Positions 49,147 to 58,923 of a stretch of DNA of 64,000 bases are shown piece by piece (position 1 is the stretch's first letter; every line of letters begins with the position of its first letter). The stretch covers positions 99,528-163,527 of the forward strand of contig JBDRTG010000047.1 of assembly GCA_043824255.1 (NCBI GenBank). The letters run 5' to 3'. The position numbers and the translations under genes are program-made. Below the pieces are notes generated by a model. The model did not search any database and was not told where the DNA came from. It saw only the letters and a list, made by a program, of their open reading frames with translations. Origin of the DNA: a bacterium (GTDB lineage Bacteria > JAHJDO01).

Positions 49147-50748
49147 ATGAAAAAGATAACTGCATCAGTTTTGCTTATTTTATTTTGCTGTATAACGTCA
49201 ATAGAAGCAAGAACCTTTAAGGTTGCAAGTTATAACGTTGAAAACTTTTTCGACCTTAATAAGGACGGGACCGAATACACCGAGTATATTCCGAACACCG
49301 GCTATGGTTGGACTAAGAATATTGCAGACATCAAATACACCAATATTGCCATGGTGATAAAGGATTTGAAAGCTGACGTTGTCGCATTGCAAGAGGTTGA
49401 ATCCAAAAGCTCTCTTACTCTTTTACGTAACAGACTGAAAGACTTCGGGTTGGATTATCCTTATTTTGAAATTGCGGATTCCAAGAGTACGACTGTGAAG
49501 TGCGCTGTTCTGTCCAAGTTTCCAATTATAGAGAAAGAAGAAATACGGGTTGATAGTGAATCTGCTAGAAATATTCTTAAAATAACTCTTGATATTGATG
49601 GGAATCGTCTCATCCTGTTTATCAATCACTGGAAATCGAAAGGAGGTCATGAAAGCTGGAGGATAGCTTATGCTAAAAAGCTCAAGGAAGATATTGACAA
49701 ACTAAAAGATGATGTTGACTTTATACTGGTAGGTGATTTTAATTCAAACTATAACGAATACAAAACCTTCAGAGATGAAGGCAGGTTGAACGACACCGCT
49801 GGCATTACAGGAATCAATCATATTCTCAGGACTGTCAAAGATTCTGAAATGGTAAATGAACAGATTTTGACAACACAGGTCTCGAATGAGTATTTGTATG
49901 ACTTGTGGCTTGAAATCAATAGGATTAGACGCTGGTCATACAATTTTTTCGGTAACAAAAACAGCCTAGATAACATTATCCTACCCAAAGCACTTTACGA
50001 TGGCAACGGAATCTCTTATGTGGATAATTCGTTTGATAAGTTCGATCCTGACTATCTGTTCAAAGAGGATGCCGCCGTCTATCGCTGGCAAAGGGCAAAA
50101 AGTGGCAGGGGCAAGCACCTGGGTGAAGGATACTCGGATCACTTACCGATTTTTGCGTATTTTTCCACTGAACCTTTCTGTTTTAAAAAGCTTGACACCT
50201 TCCCCGATGATATCACTCCTTTAAAGTTGCAAAAAAGGGCTATCTCTGACCTTTACACTTCAAAAATTGGAAATGTCAACTACAGTCTCGAACACTGTAT
50301 CGTTATCTACAAATATGGAAATGATGTTGTCATCAAACAAAAAAATGGCCGAGCAATCTTTATATACAAAGCAGGGAGAAACATGGAGTATGGTAAAGAA
50401 TACTACTTAACCGTAAAAATACTGCATGACTATCACGGGCTTCGTGAAATCACGGTAATTGATGATATTAAAGAGATTAGAAAAGCGGCTGATTTTACTT
50501 CTCATTTGTTGAATGATCCTTCGGCTGATTTCTCTGAACCGGGTCTTCAGAGCGAAGTCATACCAGAAGCTGAAGGTATTTATAAACGAGGATATTTTTA
50601 TTATGGCAGTAACAGGAAAATTAAATTGTACTTTAAGGATAAAAAGTTAAGACCGAAAAACAATTCAAAAATTATACTGAAACAAGTAAGAATAGGATGC
50701 TATAAACACCCTCAAATTGTTATAGAAAAAAAGGCGCAAATTAAGTAG
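49147..50748 (+). CDS. Secreted endonuclease/exonuclease/phosphatase (EEP, DNase I-like) family protein with an uncharacterised C-terminal domain
   Basis: A signal peptide is present. The EEP hallmarks are FKVASYNVENFFD, VVALQEV, LVGDFN and YSDHLP. Confidence 0.75.
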   Translation: MKKITASVLLILFCCITSIEARTFKVASYNVENFFDLNKDGTEYTEYIPNTGYGWTKNIADIKYTNIAMVIKDLKADVVALQEVESKSSLTLLRNRLKDFGLDYPYFEIADSKSTTVKCAVLSKFPIIEKEEIRVDSESARNILKITLDIDGNRLILFINHWKSKGGHESWRIAYAKKLKEDIDKLKDDVDFILVGDFNSNYNEYKTFRDEGRLNDTAGITGINHILRTVKDSEMVNEQILTTQVSNEYLYDLWLEINRIRRWSYNFFGNKNSLDNIILPKALYDGNGISYVDNSFDKFDPDYLFKEDAAVYRWQRAKSGRGKHLGEGYSDHLPIFAYFSTEPFCFKKLDTFPDDITPLKLQKRAISDLYTSKIGNVNYSLEHCIVIYKYGNDVVIKQKNGRAIFIYKAGRNMEYGKEYYLTVKILHDYHGLREITVIDDIKEIRKAADFTSHLLNDPSADFSEPGLQSEVIPEAEGIYKRGYFYYGSNRKIKLYFKDKKLRPKNNSKIILKQVRIGCYKHPQIVIEKKAQIK

Positions 50749-50781
50749 CTAAGAAAGCGAGATTGCTTCAATAACAGCGTG

Positions 50782-51939
50782 TCACATAATATCTCTTGGA
50801 TTCTCTAGATACCCCTTAACCTTTTGCAGAAACTTTGCTCCAAGTACGCCATCTATGCATCTATGATCAAAGGAAGCTGTGACCTGCATCATTGAGCGAA
50901 TGCCAATATTCCCATCAATAATAACTGGTTTTTGTTTTATCCTGCCAATTGCTAAAATCGCACTCTGAGGCGGATTTATGATCGCTGAAAAATTGTCTAT
51001 TTCAAACATTCCCAGATTACTGATTGTGAATGTCCCTTCTTCATAATCAGATGGCAGGAGTTTTCCCCCTCTTGCTTTGTTTACAAGCTCGTCACGCTTC
51101 TTAGAAATATCGGATATTGCCAGCTTATTTGCATTTCGTATAACAGGAACAACCAGACCATCATCCACAGCTACCGCAAGTCCAATATTTATATCTCCGA
51201 CAATCTCAATTGAGTCACCCTTAAAAGAAGAATTTATTTCTGGATTTTCAGATATTGCAAGAGCTGAAGCTTTTATAATAATATCATTAAACGCAGGCTT
51301 TGGTGATTTTTCGGCTCTGGCTTTTACGCATTCCGTCATATCTATCTCTGTTGAAAGATAAAAGTGAGGAATCGTTTGAAAACTTTTCTGAAGCCGCTCT
51401 GCAATGACCTTCCTCATTCCTTTTACAGGGATTGTCTTTGCAGTAATTTTTTCTGCCCCTCCAAAAGCAAGTATATCTTCCTTGACAATTCTTCCGCCAG
51501 GACCAGTTCCATTAACCTTTGTTACATCAATTCCTTTTTCTTTTGCCAGCTTTTTAGCTAATGGAGAAATCTTTATTCTGACTTCTTCTATGATGGATTT
51601 ATCCCGAACTTCTTGAACAGATTCATCAATGGATGCTTCTTCCTCTTTTTTCCCTTGTAATTGTTCCTGTGGTTTCTCAGAAATCTCCTCATCCATACTA
51701 CCAGCAATGTATCCAATAATTGTTAGAACTGGCACAATATCTCCCTCTTTGTGAACAATCTTTCTAAGCACTCCATTTGCAAATGATTCTACTTCAAGAG
51801 TTGCTTTATCAGTTGTAATCTCAAGAAGCACATCTCCTTTTTCTACTTTATCTCCTTCTTTTTTCAGCCATTTGCCAACTGTTGATTCTTCTACAGTTTG
51901 GCCAAGCTTTGGCATTATAATTTCTTTAATCATTGACAT
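50782..51939 (-). CDS. Dihydrolipoamide acyltransferase E2 component (acetoin/2-oxo-acid dehydrogenase complex)
   Basis: The lipoyl domain is EITTDKATLEVE. The catalytic C-terminus is DHRCIDG. Confidence 0.85.
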   Translation of the reverse strand: MSMIKEIIMPKLGQTVEESTVGKWLKKEGDKVEKGDVLLEITTDKATLEVESFANGVLRKIVHKEGDIVPVLTIIGYIAGSMDEEISEKPQEQLQGKKEEEASIDESVQEVRDKSIIEEVRIKISPLAKKLAKEKGIDVTKVNGTGPGGRIVKEDILAFGGAEKITAKTIPVKGMRKVIAERLQKSFQTIPHFYLSTEIDMTECVKARAEKSPKPAFNDIIIKASALAISENPEINSSFKGDSIEIVGDINIGLAVAVDDGLVVPVIRNANKLAISDISKKRDELVNKARGGKLLPSDYEEGTFTISNLGMFEIDNFSAIINPPQSAILAIGRIKQKPVIIDGNIGIRSMMQVTASFDHRCIDGVLGAKFLQKVKGYLENPRDIM

Positions 51940-52904
51940 ATCTCCTTAACTGCATTTATTACATTTTGTTTGTTTGGAATTGCTGCATCTTCCAATACAG
52001 GACTCATTGGAATTGGCACATCTACAGCGCAGACCCTCTTCACAGGAGCATCCAATAAGTCAAATCCATGCTCCATAACCAGCATTGCAATTTCACTAGC
52101 CACATTCCCCGTTTTATATCCTTCTGATACAATAACAAGCTTGTTGGTTTTTTTAACAGATGTCAGAATAGTATCAATATCTAAAGGTTTGAGCGTTCTT
52201 GGATCAATGACTTCTGCTGAAATATTATCCTTTTCAAGCTCTGTTGCAGCTTCCATAGCTACATGAAGCTGCCTGGAATATGCCACAATAGTAACATCAC
52301 TGCCTTGTTTTTTTATATCAGCAACACCCAGAGGGATTATATATTCTTCTTCAGGAACTTCTCCCTTCATACCGTAAAGCATCTTATGTTCAATAAATAC
52401 GACCGGATTATCATCTCGAATAGATGCCTTTAGCAGCCCTTTTGCATCATATGGAGTTGAAGGCATTACAAGATATAATCCAGGTACGTGCATTATCCAT
52501 GCCTCAAGACTTTGAGAGTGATGAGCTGCAATACATCTGCCGGCTCCACCCTCAGTTCTGAGCACCATGGGAACAGTAGTTTTCCCGCCAAACATATATC
52601 TCATTTTTGCTGCCTGATTTACAAGCTGGTCCATTGCCTGAGTAATAAAATCAATATACATGATCTCTGCAATTGGTCTCATGCCTGTTATTGCAGCGCC
52701 AATAGCAGCGCCAACTATAGCTGATTCAGATATTGCTGTATCCCTTACCCTATCCTCTCCAAACTCTTCATATAATCCTTTTGTTGCTCCATAAGCTCCT
52801 CCATATATCGCTACATCCTCTCCCATAACAAAAACTTTTTCGTCTCTTTCCATTTCTTCCCGCATAGCTTCAACAAGTGCATCCTTATATAGTATTTCTC
52901 TCAT
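51930..52904 (-). CDS. 2-oxo-acid/acetoin dehydrogenase E1 beta subunit
   Basis: It has a transketolase-like pyrimidine-binding fold and a C-terminal domain. It is 324 aa. Confidence 0.85.
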   Translation of the reverse strand: MREILYKDALVEAMREEMERDEKVFVMGEDVAIYGGAYGATKGLYEEFGEDRVRDTAISESAIVGAAIGAAITGMRPIAEIMYIDFITQAMDQLVNQAAKMRYMFGGKTTVPMVLRTEGGAGRCIAAHHSQSLEAWIMHVPGLYLVMPSTPYDAKGLLKASIRDDNPVVFIEHKMLYGMKGEVPEEEYIIPLGVADIKKQGSDVTIVAYSRQLHVAMEAATELEKDNISAEVIDPRTLKPLDIDTILTSVKKTNKLVIVSEGYKTGNVASEIAMLVMEHGFDLLDAPVKRVCAVDVPIPMSPVLEDAAIPNKQNVINAVKEICQ

Positions 52905-53899
52905 CTTATGGCACCTCCATTTAATAAGTCTGCTGGAGAAGGTGCATAAATATCATCCTTTAGTTCTTTAACATCAGGATACGGGCTTTCAACAGCAAAT
53001 TTTTCCGCACTTTCTACAGCCTCTTCAGCCTGTCTCTCAATTCGAGCAATCTCTTGCTCAGTAAGAATTTTATTATCTGTTAACTTTTTGCTGAACTGCT
53101 TAATAGGACATTTATTCCTCCATTTCTTTTCCTCTTCCTTTGTTCTGTATGCCCTGGGATCACTTCTTGAATGGCCAAAATATCGATATGTTTTGCACTC
53201 TACAAGTGTAGGACCACCTCCATCACGAGCTCTTTCAACAGCTTTCTCTATGGTTTCTTTAACAGCAAGTATGTCCATACCATCGCAGATCATACTAGGC
53301 ATATCGTATGCTTTAGCTTTATCTGCCATGTCCTTAACAGCTGAACATCTTTTTGCAGAAACGCTCATTCCATACAGATTGTTCTCACAGACAAATATAA
53401 CAGGCAGGTTCCATACAGCTGCCATATTTAGTGACTCATGAAAAACACCGTTATTTGATGCGCCGTCTCCGAAGAAACACAAAACCACTTGGGAGGTCTT
53501 TCTCATCTTTACAGATAGAGCTGCTCCAACTGCGACAGGAACATTGCTGCAAACTATACCTGTTGCTCCGAGATTCCCTTTTGTAACATCTGCAATGTGC
53601 ATAGAGCCGCCTCTGCCTTTACAGTATCCTGTTGCTTTACCGCAAAGTTCAGCCATCATTTCAGGTAGCTTCCCGCCCTTTGCAAGACAATGTCCATGAC
53701 CACGATGTGTGCTTGTAATATAGTCATCCTCCTCCATTGTACTGCATGCTCCTACTGCAACAGCTTCCTCTCCTGCATATAAGTGAGATGCTCCTTTTAT
53801 TACATTTTTTGCAAGAAGCTCCATAACCTTTTCCTCAAATAGGCGTATCTCCATCATTTTGCGAAGATAACCGATTAATTCCTCCTTAGATTCTTTCAT
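52901..53899 (-). CDS. 2-oxo-acid/acetoin dehydrogenase E1 alpha subunit (TPP-binding)
   Basis: GDGASNNGVFHESLN is the TPP motif. It is 332 aa. Confidence 0.85.
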   Translation of the reverse strand: MKESKEELIGYLRKMMEIRLFEEKVMELLAKNVIKGASHLYAGEEAVAVGACSTMEEDDYITSTHRGHGHCLAKGGKLPEMMAELCGKATGYCKGRGGSMHIADVTKGNLGATGIVCSNVPVAVGAALSVKMRKTSQVVLCFFGDGASNNGVFHESLNMAAVWNLPVIFVCENNLYGMSVSAKRCSAVKDMADKAKAYDMPSMICDGMDILAVKETIEKAVERARDGGGPTLVECKTYRYFGHSRSDPRAYRTKEEEKKWRNKCPIKQFSKKLTDNKILTEQEIARIERQAEEAVESAEKFAVESPYPDVKELKDDIYAPSPADLLNGGAIR

Positions 53900-53919
53900 T
53901 CCATTCTGCTCCTTTCCGT

Positions 53920-54960
53920 TTATGGTTTTACAATTATTTTCATTTCTTTTCCTGTCTCTGCTCGCGCTATTGCTTCCTCCAAGTCGTCAAGTTTAAACTC
54001 CTTTGTTATATATTTTTTTATCTTTATCTTCCCACTTGATATTAAGTCTATAGCTATCTGATTATGACAAGGACTGGATCCATGCGTTCCGGTTATAGAG
54101 CACTCTTTATAATGAACAGCATTACTATCAAATTGTATATAGGGATTATCCTTTGGCAACCCGCCAAAAAAGTTTACATTTCCGAGATTTGCAACCATTT
54201 CAATTGCGTCTTGTTGTGCCTTGCCAACCCCACATGCAACTATAACTTTATCTGCGCCTCTGCCATCAGTAAATCCTCTAACCAGTTTTATACTATCTTC
54301 TCTAGATGGATTGATAAATAAATCAGCATCTACAGTCTTTTTTGCAAGTTCCAATCTTTCCTCTGACACTTCTATCATTACAGTTTTTGTTGCTCCTATT
54401 GCTCGAGCAAGTTCTGCATGCAAACAACCCATTGGGCCTGTCCCTATTATTACAACAGTATCTCCCATGCCTACATTTGAAAGTTCCTGCGCATTTATAA
54501 CACAAGCCAGAGGTTCTGCGAGTGCTCCTTCCTCGAATGAAACATTATCAGGCAGAAAATTTACACATCCATTATCTACAGCAACTTTTGGGACAATCAT
54601 ATACTCTGCAAATCCACCATTCCAGAAATAACCAATTGCCTGCAGGTTTTCGCACATTGCCTGCTTGCCGCGATGGCAGTAATAGCAGTCTCCACATGGA
54701 ACAGCTGGCGCAACTGCAACTCTGTTACCCACTTTATATTTAGAGACATTCTTTCCAACTGCTATTATCTCTCCTGTTACTTCATGTCCTGTAACACGCG
54801 GGAAAGTAATAAGCCTATGTCCATGATGATAGACCTTTATATCGGTTCCACAGACAGCACACGCCCATATTTTTATCAGTATCTCTCCAAACTGCGGTTT
54901 TGGAGTAGCGATTTCTGTAATCTTGAGTTTCTCAATATCTTCCAATAATGCTACTTTCAT
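53920..54960 (-). CDS. Zinc-dependent medium-chain alcohol/polyol dehydrogenase (sorbitol, threonine or butanediol dehydrogenase-like)
   Basis: CAVCGTDIKVYHHGH is the catalytic Zn site. CGDCYYCHRGKQAMC is the structural Zn site. GTGPMG is the NAD-binding motif. Confidence 0.8.
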   Translation of the reverse strand: MKVALLEDIEKLKITEIATPKPQFGEILIKIWACAVCGTDIKVYHHGHRLITFPRVTGHEVTGEIIAVGKNVSKYKVGNRVAVAPAVPCGDCYYCHRGKQAMCENLQAIGYFWNGGFAEYMIVPKVAVDNGCVNFLPDNVSFEEGALAEPLACVINAQELSNVGMGDTVVIIGTGPMGCLHAELARAIGATKTVMIEVSEERLELAKKTVDADLFINPSREDSIKLVRGFTDGRGADKVIVACGVGKAQQDAIEMVANLGNVNFFGGLPKDNPYIQFDSNAVHYKECSITGTHGSSPCHNQIAIDLISSGKIKIKKYITKEFKLDDLEEAIARAETGKEMKIIVKP

Positions 54961-56108
54961 ATCAGTTCTCCTTTAACAAGTTTTGCTATTTTACCTTGCG
55001 AATCAATTTTGCAAATATTCTTAAGAATCCAATCTATTCCTTTTTGTTTGATTGAATTCGAAAGCTTGCAAGCGTATATGTCTTCTGAATAATCATATTT
55101 CAGTGCTGCTGAGATTCCTTTACATATATTTACAGGTTCTATATCATACTCTAAAACCAGTTTTGCGGAGCCTATTAAACGGTCATTCGGCCCCAGTTTG
55201 CGTATTGGATCTCTTCCTACTCTGCATATTGTATCTCCAAGTGCTTTATTAGCGAACCTGTACAGCAGATCATCAACATGTTCATAGTGCTTTTGCGAAT
55301 TAAAACCATGTTTCTTAACAAGCGCTTCTCCTGTTTCTCTTAAAGCTCCTGTCACAACAGAGTAGATTTCTTTATCTTCCAATGCTTCCCATATAAACTC
55401 ATATTCCTTTTGATAACCCAGGTAGGCACATATAGAATGCCCTGCATTATGTGTATAAATCTTCCTCTCCTCATAAGCAGCTATGTTGTCATAAGGAACC
55501 ATGCCCCTTACATCAGGTATTTCGCCAATAAACCCTTTTCTGTCAACAGGAAGTGTACAATACTCTTCAACAGCAATATAAAGAGGATCTTCTTTTTGAA
55601 TATCCTGAGGAACCACAGGTACCATTCTGCTAACAACTGACTCTACAAGTCCCAGATTCCTTTCCGCATAATCCCACAGAGTCTTATCAAGAGATTCCAG
55701 AATGAGCTTCCTAAATACCTGACCAGCGCCTAAGAGGTTTTCACATATTATAATGTTAAGGGGATTTGTTATATTTCCCTTTTCTCTCTCTACCAGTCCT
55801 TCTGCTATGAGCGGAGCTATCTTTGACAGGACATTATTACCAACAGCAGTCGCAGCAATGTCCGCAGAGGCGAGTTCTAAGGCTACTGCTTTGGTATCTC
55901 TTGCATTTATTGCTCTGATATTCTGAACCTTTAGGGATGATGGTCTTTTTCCAACTATGTTAATTGTATAAAAGCCTTTCTGATTTATTGCTGATACAAC
56001 CTCATCTCTTATGTCCACAAATACTGTTTCATATTCGGACTGAAACAAAAGTTGCCCTATAAATCCTCTTCCAATATTTCCAGCACCAAACTGCACAGCC
56101 TTTTTCAT
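54957..56108 (-). CDS. mtlD: Mannitol-1-phosphate 5-dehydrogenase family
   Basis: MKKAVQFGAGNIGRGFIG is the N-terminus. It is 383 aa. Confidence 0.7.
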   Translation of the reverse strand: MKKAVQFGAGNIGRGFIGQLLFQSEYETVFVDIRDEVVSAINQKGFYTINIVGKRPSSLKVQNIRAINARDTKAVALELASADIAATAVGNNVLSKIAPLIAEGLVEREKGNITNPLNIIICENLLGAGQVFRKLILESLDKTLWDYAERNLGLVESVVSRMVPVVPQDIQKEDPLYIAVEEYCTLPVDRKGFIGEIPDVRGMVPYDNIAAYEERKIYTHNAGHSICAYLGYQKEYEFIWEALEDKEIYSVVTGALRETGEALVKKHGFNSQKHYEHVDDLLYRFANKALGDTICRVGRDPIRKLGPNDRLIGSAKLVLEYDIEPVNICKGISAALKYDYSEDIYACKLSNSIKQKGIDWILKNICKIDSQGKIAKLVKGELI

Positions 56109-56872
56109 ACAGTGATAACCTCAATCCCTTTCTTTTGGAGCTTCTTTACCAACCTTTTAGAAATACCCGTGTTTGTAATTAATTTGTCAATACTATCTAT
56201 AGAAGCTACATTTGCAAACGCCAGTTTGCCAATCTTACTATAATCTGCAACAACAATCACCTCTTTTGCTCTTTCAATCATAGACCTCTTTGTTTTTGCC
56301 TCAATCACATCTGTTGTTGTAAGCCCTTCTTCATATGTTAGGCCAATTGTGCCTGTAAACAACTTATCAATATGTAAATTTCCCAGTGTCTGGTTTGAGA
56401 TAGGTCCTACAAGTGTCATGTTCATTCTGCGCAGATTCCCACCTGTTACAACAACACTAACATCCGGCAAATTTGCCAGCTCAGCAATTATCTTTACTGA
56501 ATTAGTAACAACAGTTAGATTCGCCATATTCTGTAAAGAGCGTGCTATCTCAAGAGTAGTGGTACCGCCATCCAGTGCAATTGTGTCACCTTCTCGTATC
56601 ATTTTGACTGCTTGGTTTGCTATTCTTGACTTTTCTTCCCTAAATTGAACTTCTTTTTCTAACAGAGAAGGTTCAAAACGCACAGAATCAATATTAATCG
56701 CTCCACCATGTGTTCTGTAAATTAACCTGTTTTGTTCTAAGGTGTGCAGGTCTCTTCTTATTGTTGATTCTGACACATCAAGTTGTCCACTTAGTTCCGG
56801 AACCGATATGCTTTTTTTACTACGCAAGATTCCCTTTATTTTTTCCTGTCTCTCAGCTGTAAACATGCTCAT
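56105..56872 (-). CDS. DeoR-family transcriptional regulator
   Basis: SVPELSGQLDVSESTIRRDL is the N-terminal HTH. A DeoR C-terminal sugar-phosphate-binding domain follows. Confidence 0.85.
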   Translation of the reverse strand: MSMFTAERQEKIKGILRSKKSISVPELSGQLDVSESTIRRDLHTLEQNRLIYRTHGGAINIDSVRFEPSLLEKEVQFREEKSRIANQAVKMIREGDTIALDGGTTTLEIARSLQNMANLTVVTNSVKIIAELANLPDVSVVVTGGNLRRMNMTLVGPISNQTLGNLHIDKLFTGTIGLTYEEGLTTTDVIEAKTKRSMIERAKEVIVVADYSKIGKLAFANVASIDSIDKLITNTGISKRLVKKLQKKGIEVITV

Positions 56873-57001
56873 CCTTGCTCATATTTGCTTAATTATAAGC
56901 ATACCATGCTCATTTCTGCTTGTCAAGCAAAACAATTGACATAATCGAATAATATCTTAATAATATAAAACACACCAAAAACCGAATATTACTAGGACAA
57001 A

Positions 57002-58126
57002 ATGAAACAATTTTCTCTTTTAATAAAGCCTGCATCTGCTGACTGTAATCTTCATTGTCCATATTGTTTTTATCTGGATCGAAGTACTCTCTATCCAGAA
57101 ACCAAACGTCACCGCATGCCTGATAAGGTACTTGCGCAAATGATTTCCAGTTATATGAAAACAGAGCAGAACCAGTATGCTTTTGGCTGGCAGGGGGGTG
57201 AGCCAATGCTTATGGGTGTGGATTTTTTCCGCAGGGTGACTGAACTTCAGCAGAAGTATGGTAAGAATGGAGCTTTGGTTGCAAACGGACTTCAAACAAA
57301 TGCTACATTAATTGACGTGGAATTTGCCAGGCACCTTGCAAAATATAAATTTTTAGCAGGAGTTAGTCTTGATGGACCTGAGAACATACATAACCGCTAT
57401 AGAATTACTGCTGATGGACGTGGGTCATATACAGATGTCTTAAGAGGCATAGAACATCTAAAACAGAATAATGTTGAGTTTAACATTCTGGCTCTCGTTA
57501 CTTCAGCAAATGTAAAAAAAGCTAGGGAAGTTTATAGTTTTCTCTGTGATATGGGATTTTTCTATCATCAATATATTCCCTGTGTTGAGTTTGACAATAA
57601 AGGACACCCCATGCCTTTTTCAATTAATGGAGAGGAATGGGGTGATTTTCTATGTGAGATTTTTGATGAGTGGATCAAAAGGGATACAAAAAAAGTCTCT
57701 GTACGTCTGTTTGATTCTATTCTCACATTGATTGTAGACGGTGTATATAATGTCTGTCATATGGGAGATAACTGCTGTCAGTATTTTGTTGTGGAACATA
57801 ATGGAGAGATATATCCATGCGATTTCTTTGTTGAATCGAATAAAAAACTTGGGAACATAATGAATGATTCATGGGAAGAACTTCAAAATTCTCCGCAATA
57901 TATAGAATTTGGTAGAAAAAAAGCTCTCTGGAATGAGGAATGTAATCACTGTGAACATCTTAAATACTGCTCAGGTGATTGCTTAAAGCATCGTCTTTAT
58001 AAAAGAGATAATTCGAAAGATTTGAGCTGGCTATGTAAGGGCTGGAAGCAGTTTTTTAATCACGCTCTTCCTGAGCTTAAGAAGCTTGCCAAACAACTTG
58101 CCAATCAAAGAGGTTGGTACGTTTGA
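57002..58126 (+). CDS. Anaerobic sulfatase-maturating-enzyme-like radical SAM/SPASM protein
   Basis: CNLHCPYCFY is the radical SAM cluster. C-terminal Cys clusters form the SPASM region. Confidence 0.75.
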   Translation: MKQFSLLIKPASADCNLHCPYCFYLDRSTLYPETKRHRMPDKVLAQMISSYMKTEQNQYAFGWQGGEPMLMGVDFFRRVTELQQKYGKNGALVANGLQTNATLIDVEFARHLAKYKFLAGVSLDGPENIHNRYRITADGRGSYTDVLRGIEHLKQNNVEFNILALVTSANVKKAREVYSFLCDMGFFYHQYIPCVEFDNKGHPMPFSINGEEWGDFLCEIFDEWIKRDTKKVSVRLFDSILTLIVDGVYNVCHMGDNCCQYFVVEHNGEIYPCDFFVESNKKLGNIMNDSWEELQNSPQYIEFGRKKALWNEECNHCEHLKYCSGDCLKHRLYKRDNSKDLSWLCKGWKQFFNHALPELKKLAKQLANQRGWYV

Positions 58127-58158
58127 CGGAGTAATAATATTAAAGTATAATTCCTTAA

Positions 58159-58923
58159 ATGTACTATTTATTAGCTCCTTTAGCTGGTATATTCGCAGGA
58201 ATCGGATCAGGGCTTTTAGGCATGGGAGGAGGTGCAATCCTTGTCCCTGTTTTACTATTTATCTTCAGATTGTCTATTAAAGAAGCAATCGGGACAAGCC
58301 TGTGTATAATTGTACTTACTGCTATATCAGCAATAATTGTACATTGGAAAGAAAAACAGGTTAATTTAAAACTGGCTATTGTCATGGCTTTAAGCGGAGT
58401 TATTGGTGCCCAGCTTGGGTCTTATCTTAATAAGATTATTCCTGATAATATAATTAAACTCATATTTACAGTTGTCGTGATTATATTCGGTTTTAAAATG
58501 TGGATAGGGACAAATAACGGAGGGGGAAAAATTTCCGCTGCCAATAATACTTCTAACATAAGATTCAATAAATCATTAGCGTTAATTCTCGGGCTAATTG
58601 CTGGAACCGCTTCTGGCCTGCTTGGGATAGGAGGAGCATTGATCATGGTTCCTGTAATGCATATATTTTTATGTATTCCCATGAATATATGTGTTGGAAC
58701 TTCCCTTTTTATTGTATTCTTTAATTCCCTTTCAGGAGTAGTGGGCTATATAGCCAGAGGAGATACGAATTTGAAACTTGCAATTCTTATAGCTATTGGC
58801 TCAGTTGTTGCCGCTCCTTTTGGTGCAAAACTAAGCGTAAAGATTTCACGAGAAAAACTAAGAAAAATATTTGCTGTTGTTCTTGTGCTTGCTGGGATAG
58901 CTATATTGTTTAAGAAAGTATGA
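58159..58923 (+). CDS. TauE/SafE-family (sulfite/anion exporter-like) membrane protein
   Basis: GSGLLGMGGGAILVP and GTASGLLGIGGALIMVP are the duplicated signature. Confidence 0.8.
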   Translation: MYYLLAPLAGIFAGIGSGLLGMGGGAILVPVLLFIFRLSIKEAIGTSLCIIVLTAISAIIVHWKEKQVNLKLAIVMALSGVIGAQLGSYLNKIIPDNIIKLIFTVVVIIFGFKMWIGTNNGGGKISAANNTSNIRFNKSLALILGLIAGTASGLLGIGGALIMVPVMHIFLCIPMNICVGTSLFIVFFNSLSGVVGYIARGDTNLKLAILIAIGSVVAAPFGAKLSVKISREKLRKIFAVVLVLAGIAILFKKV

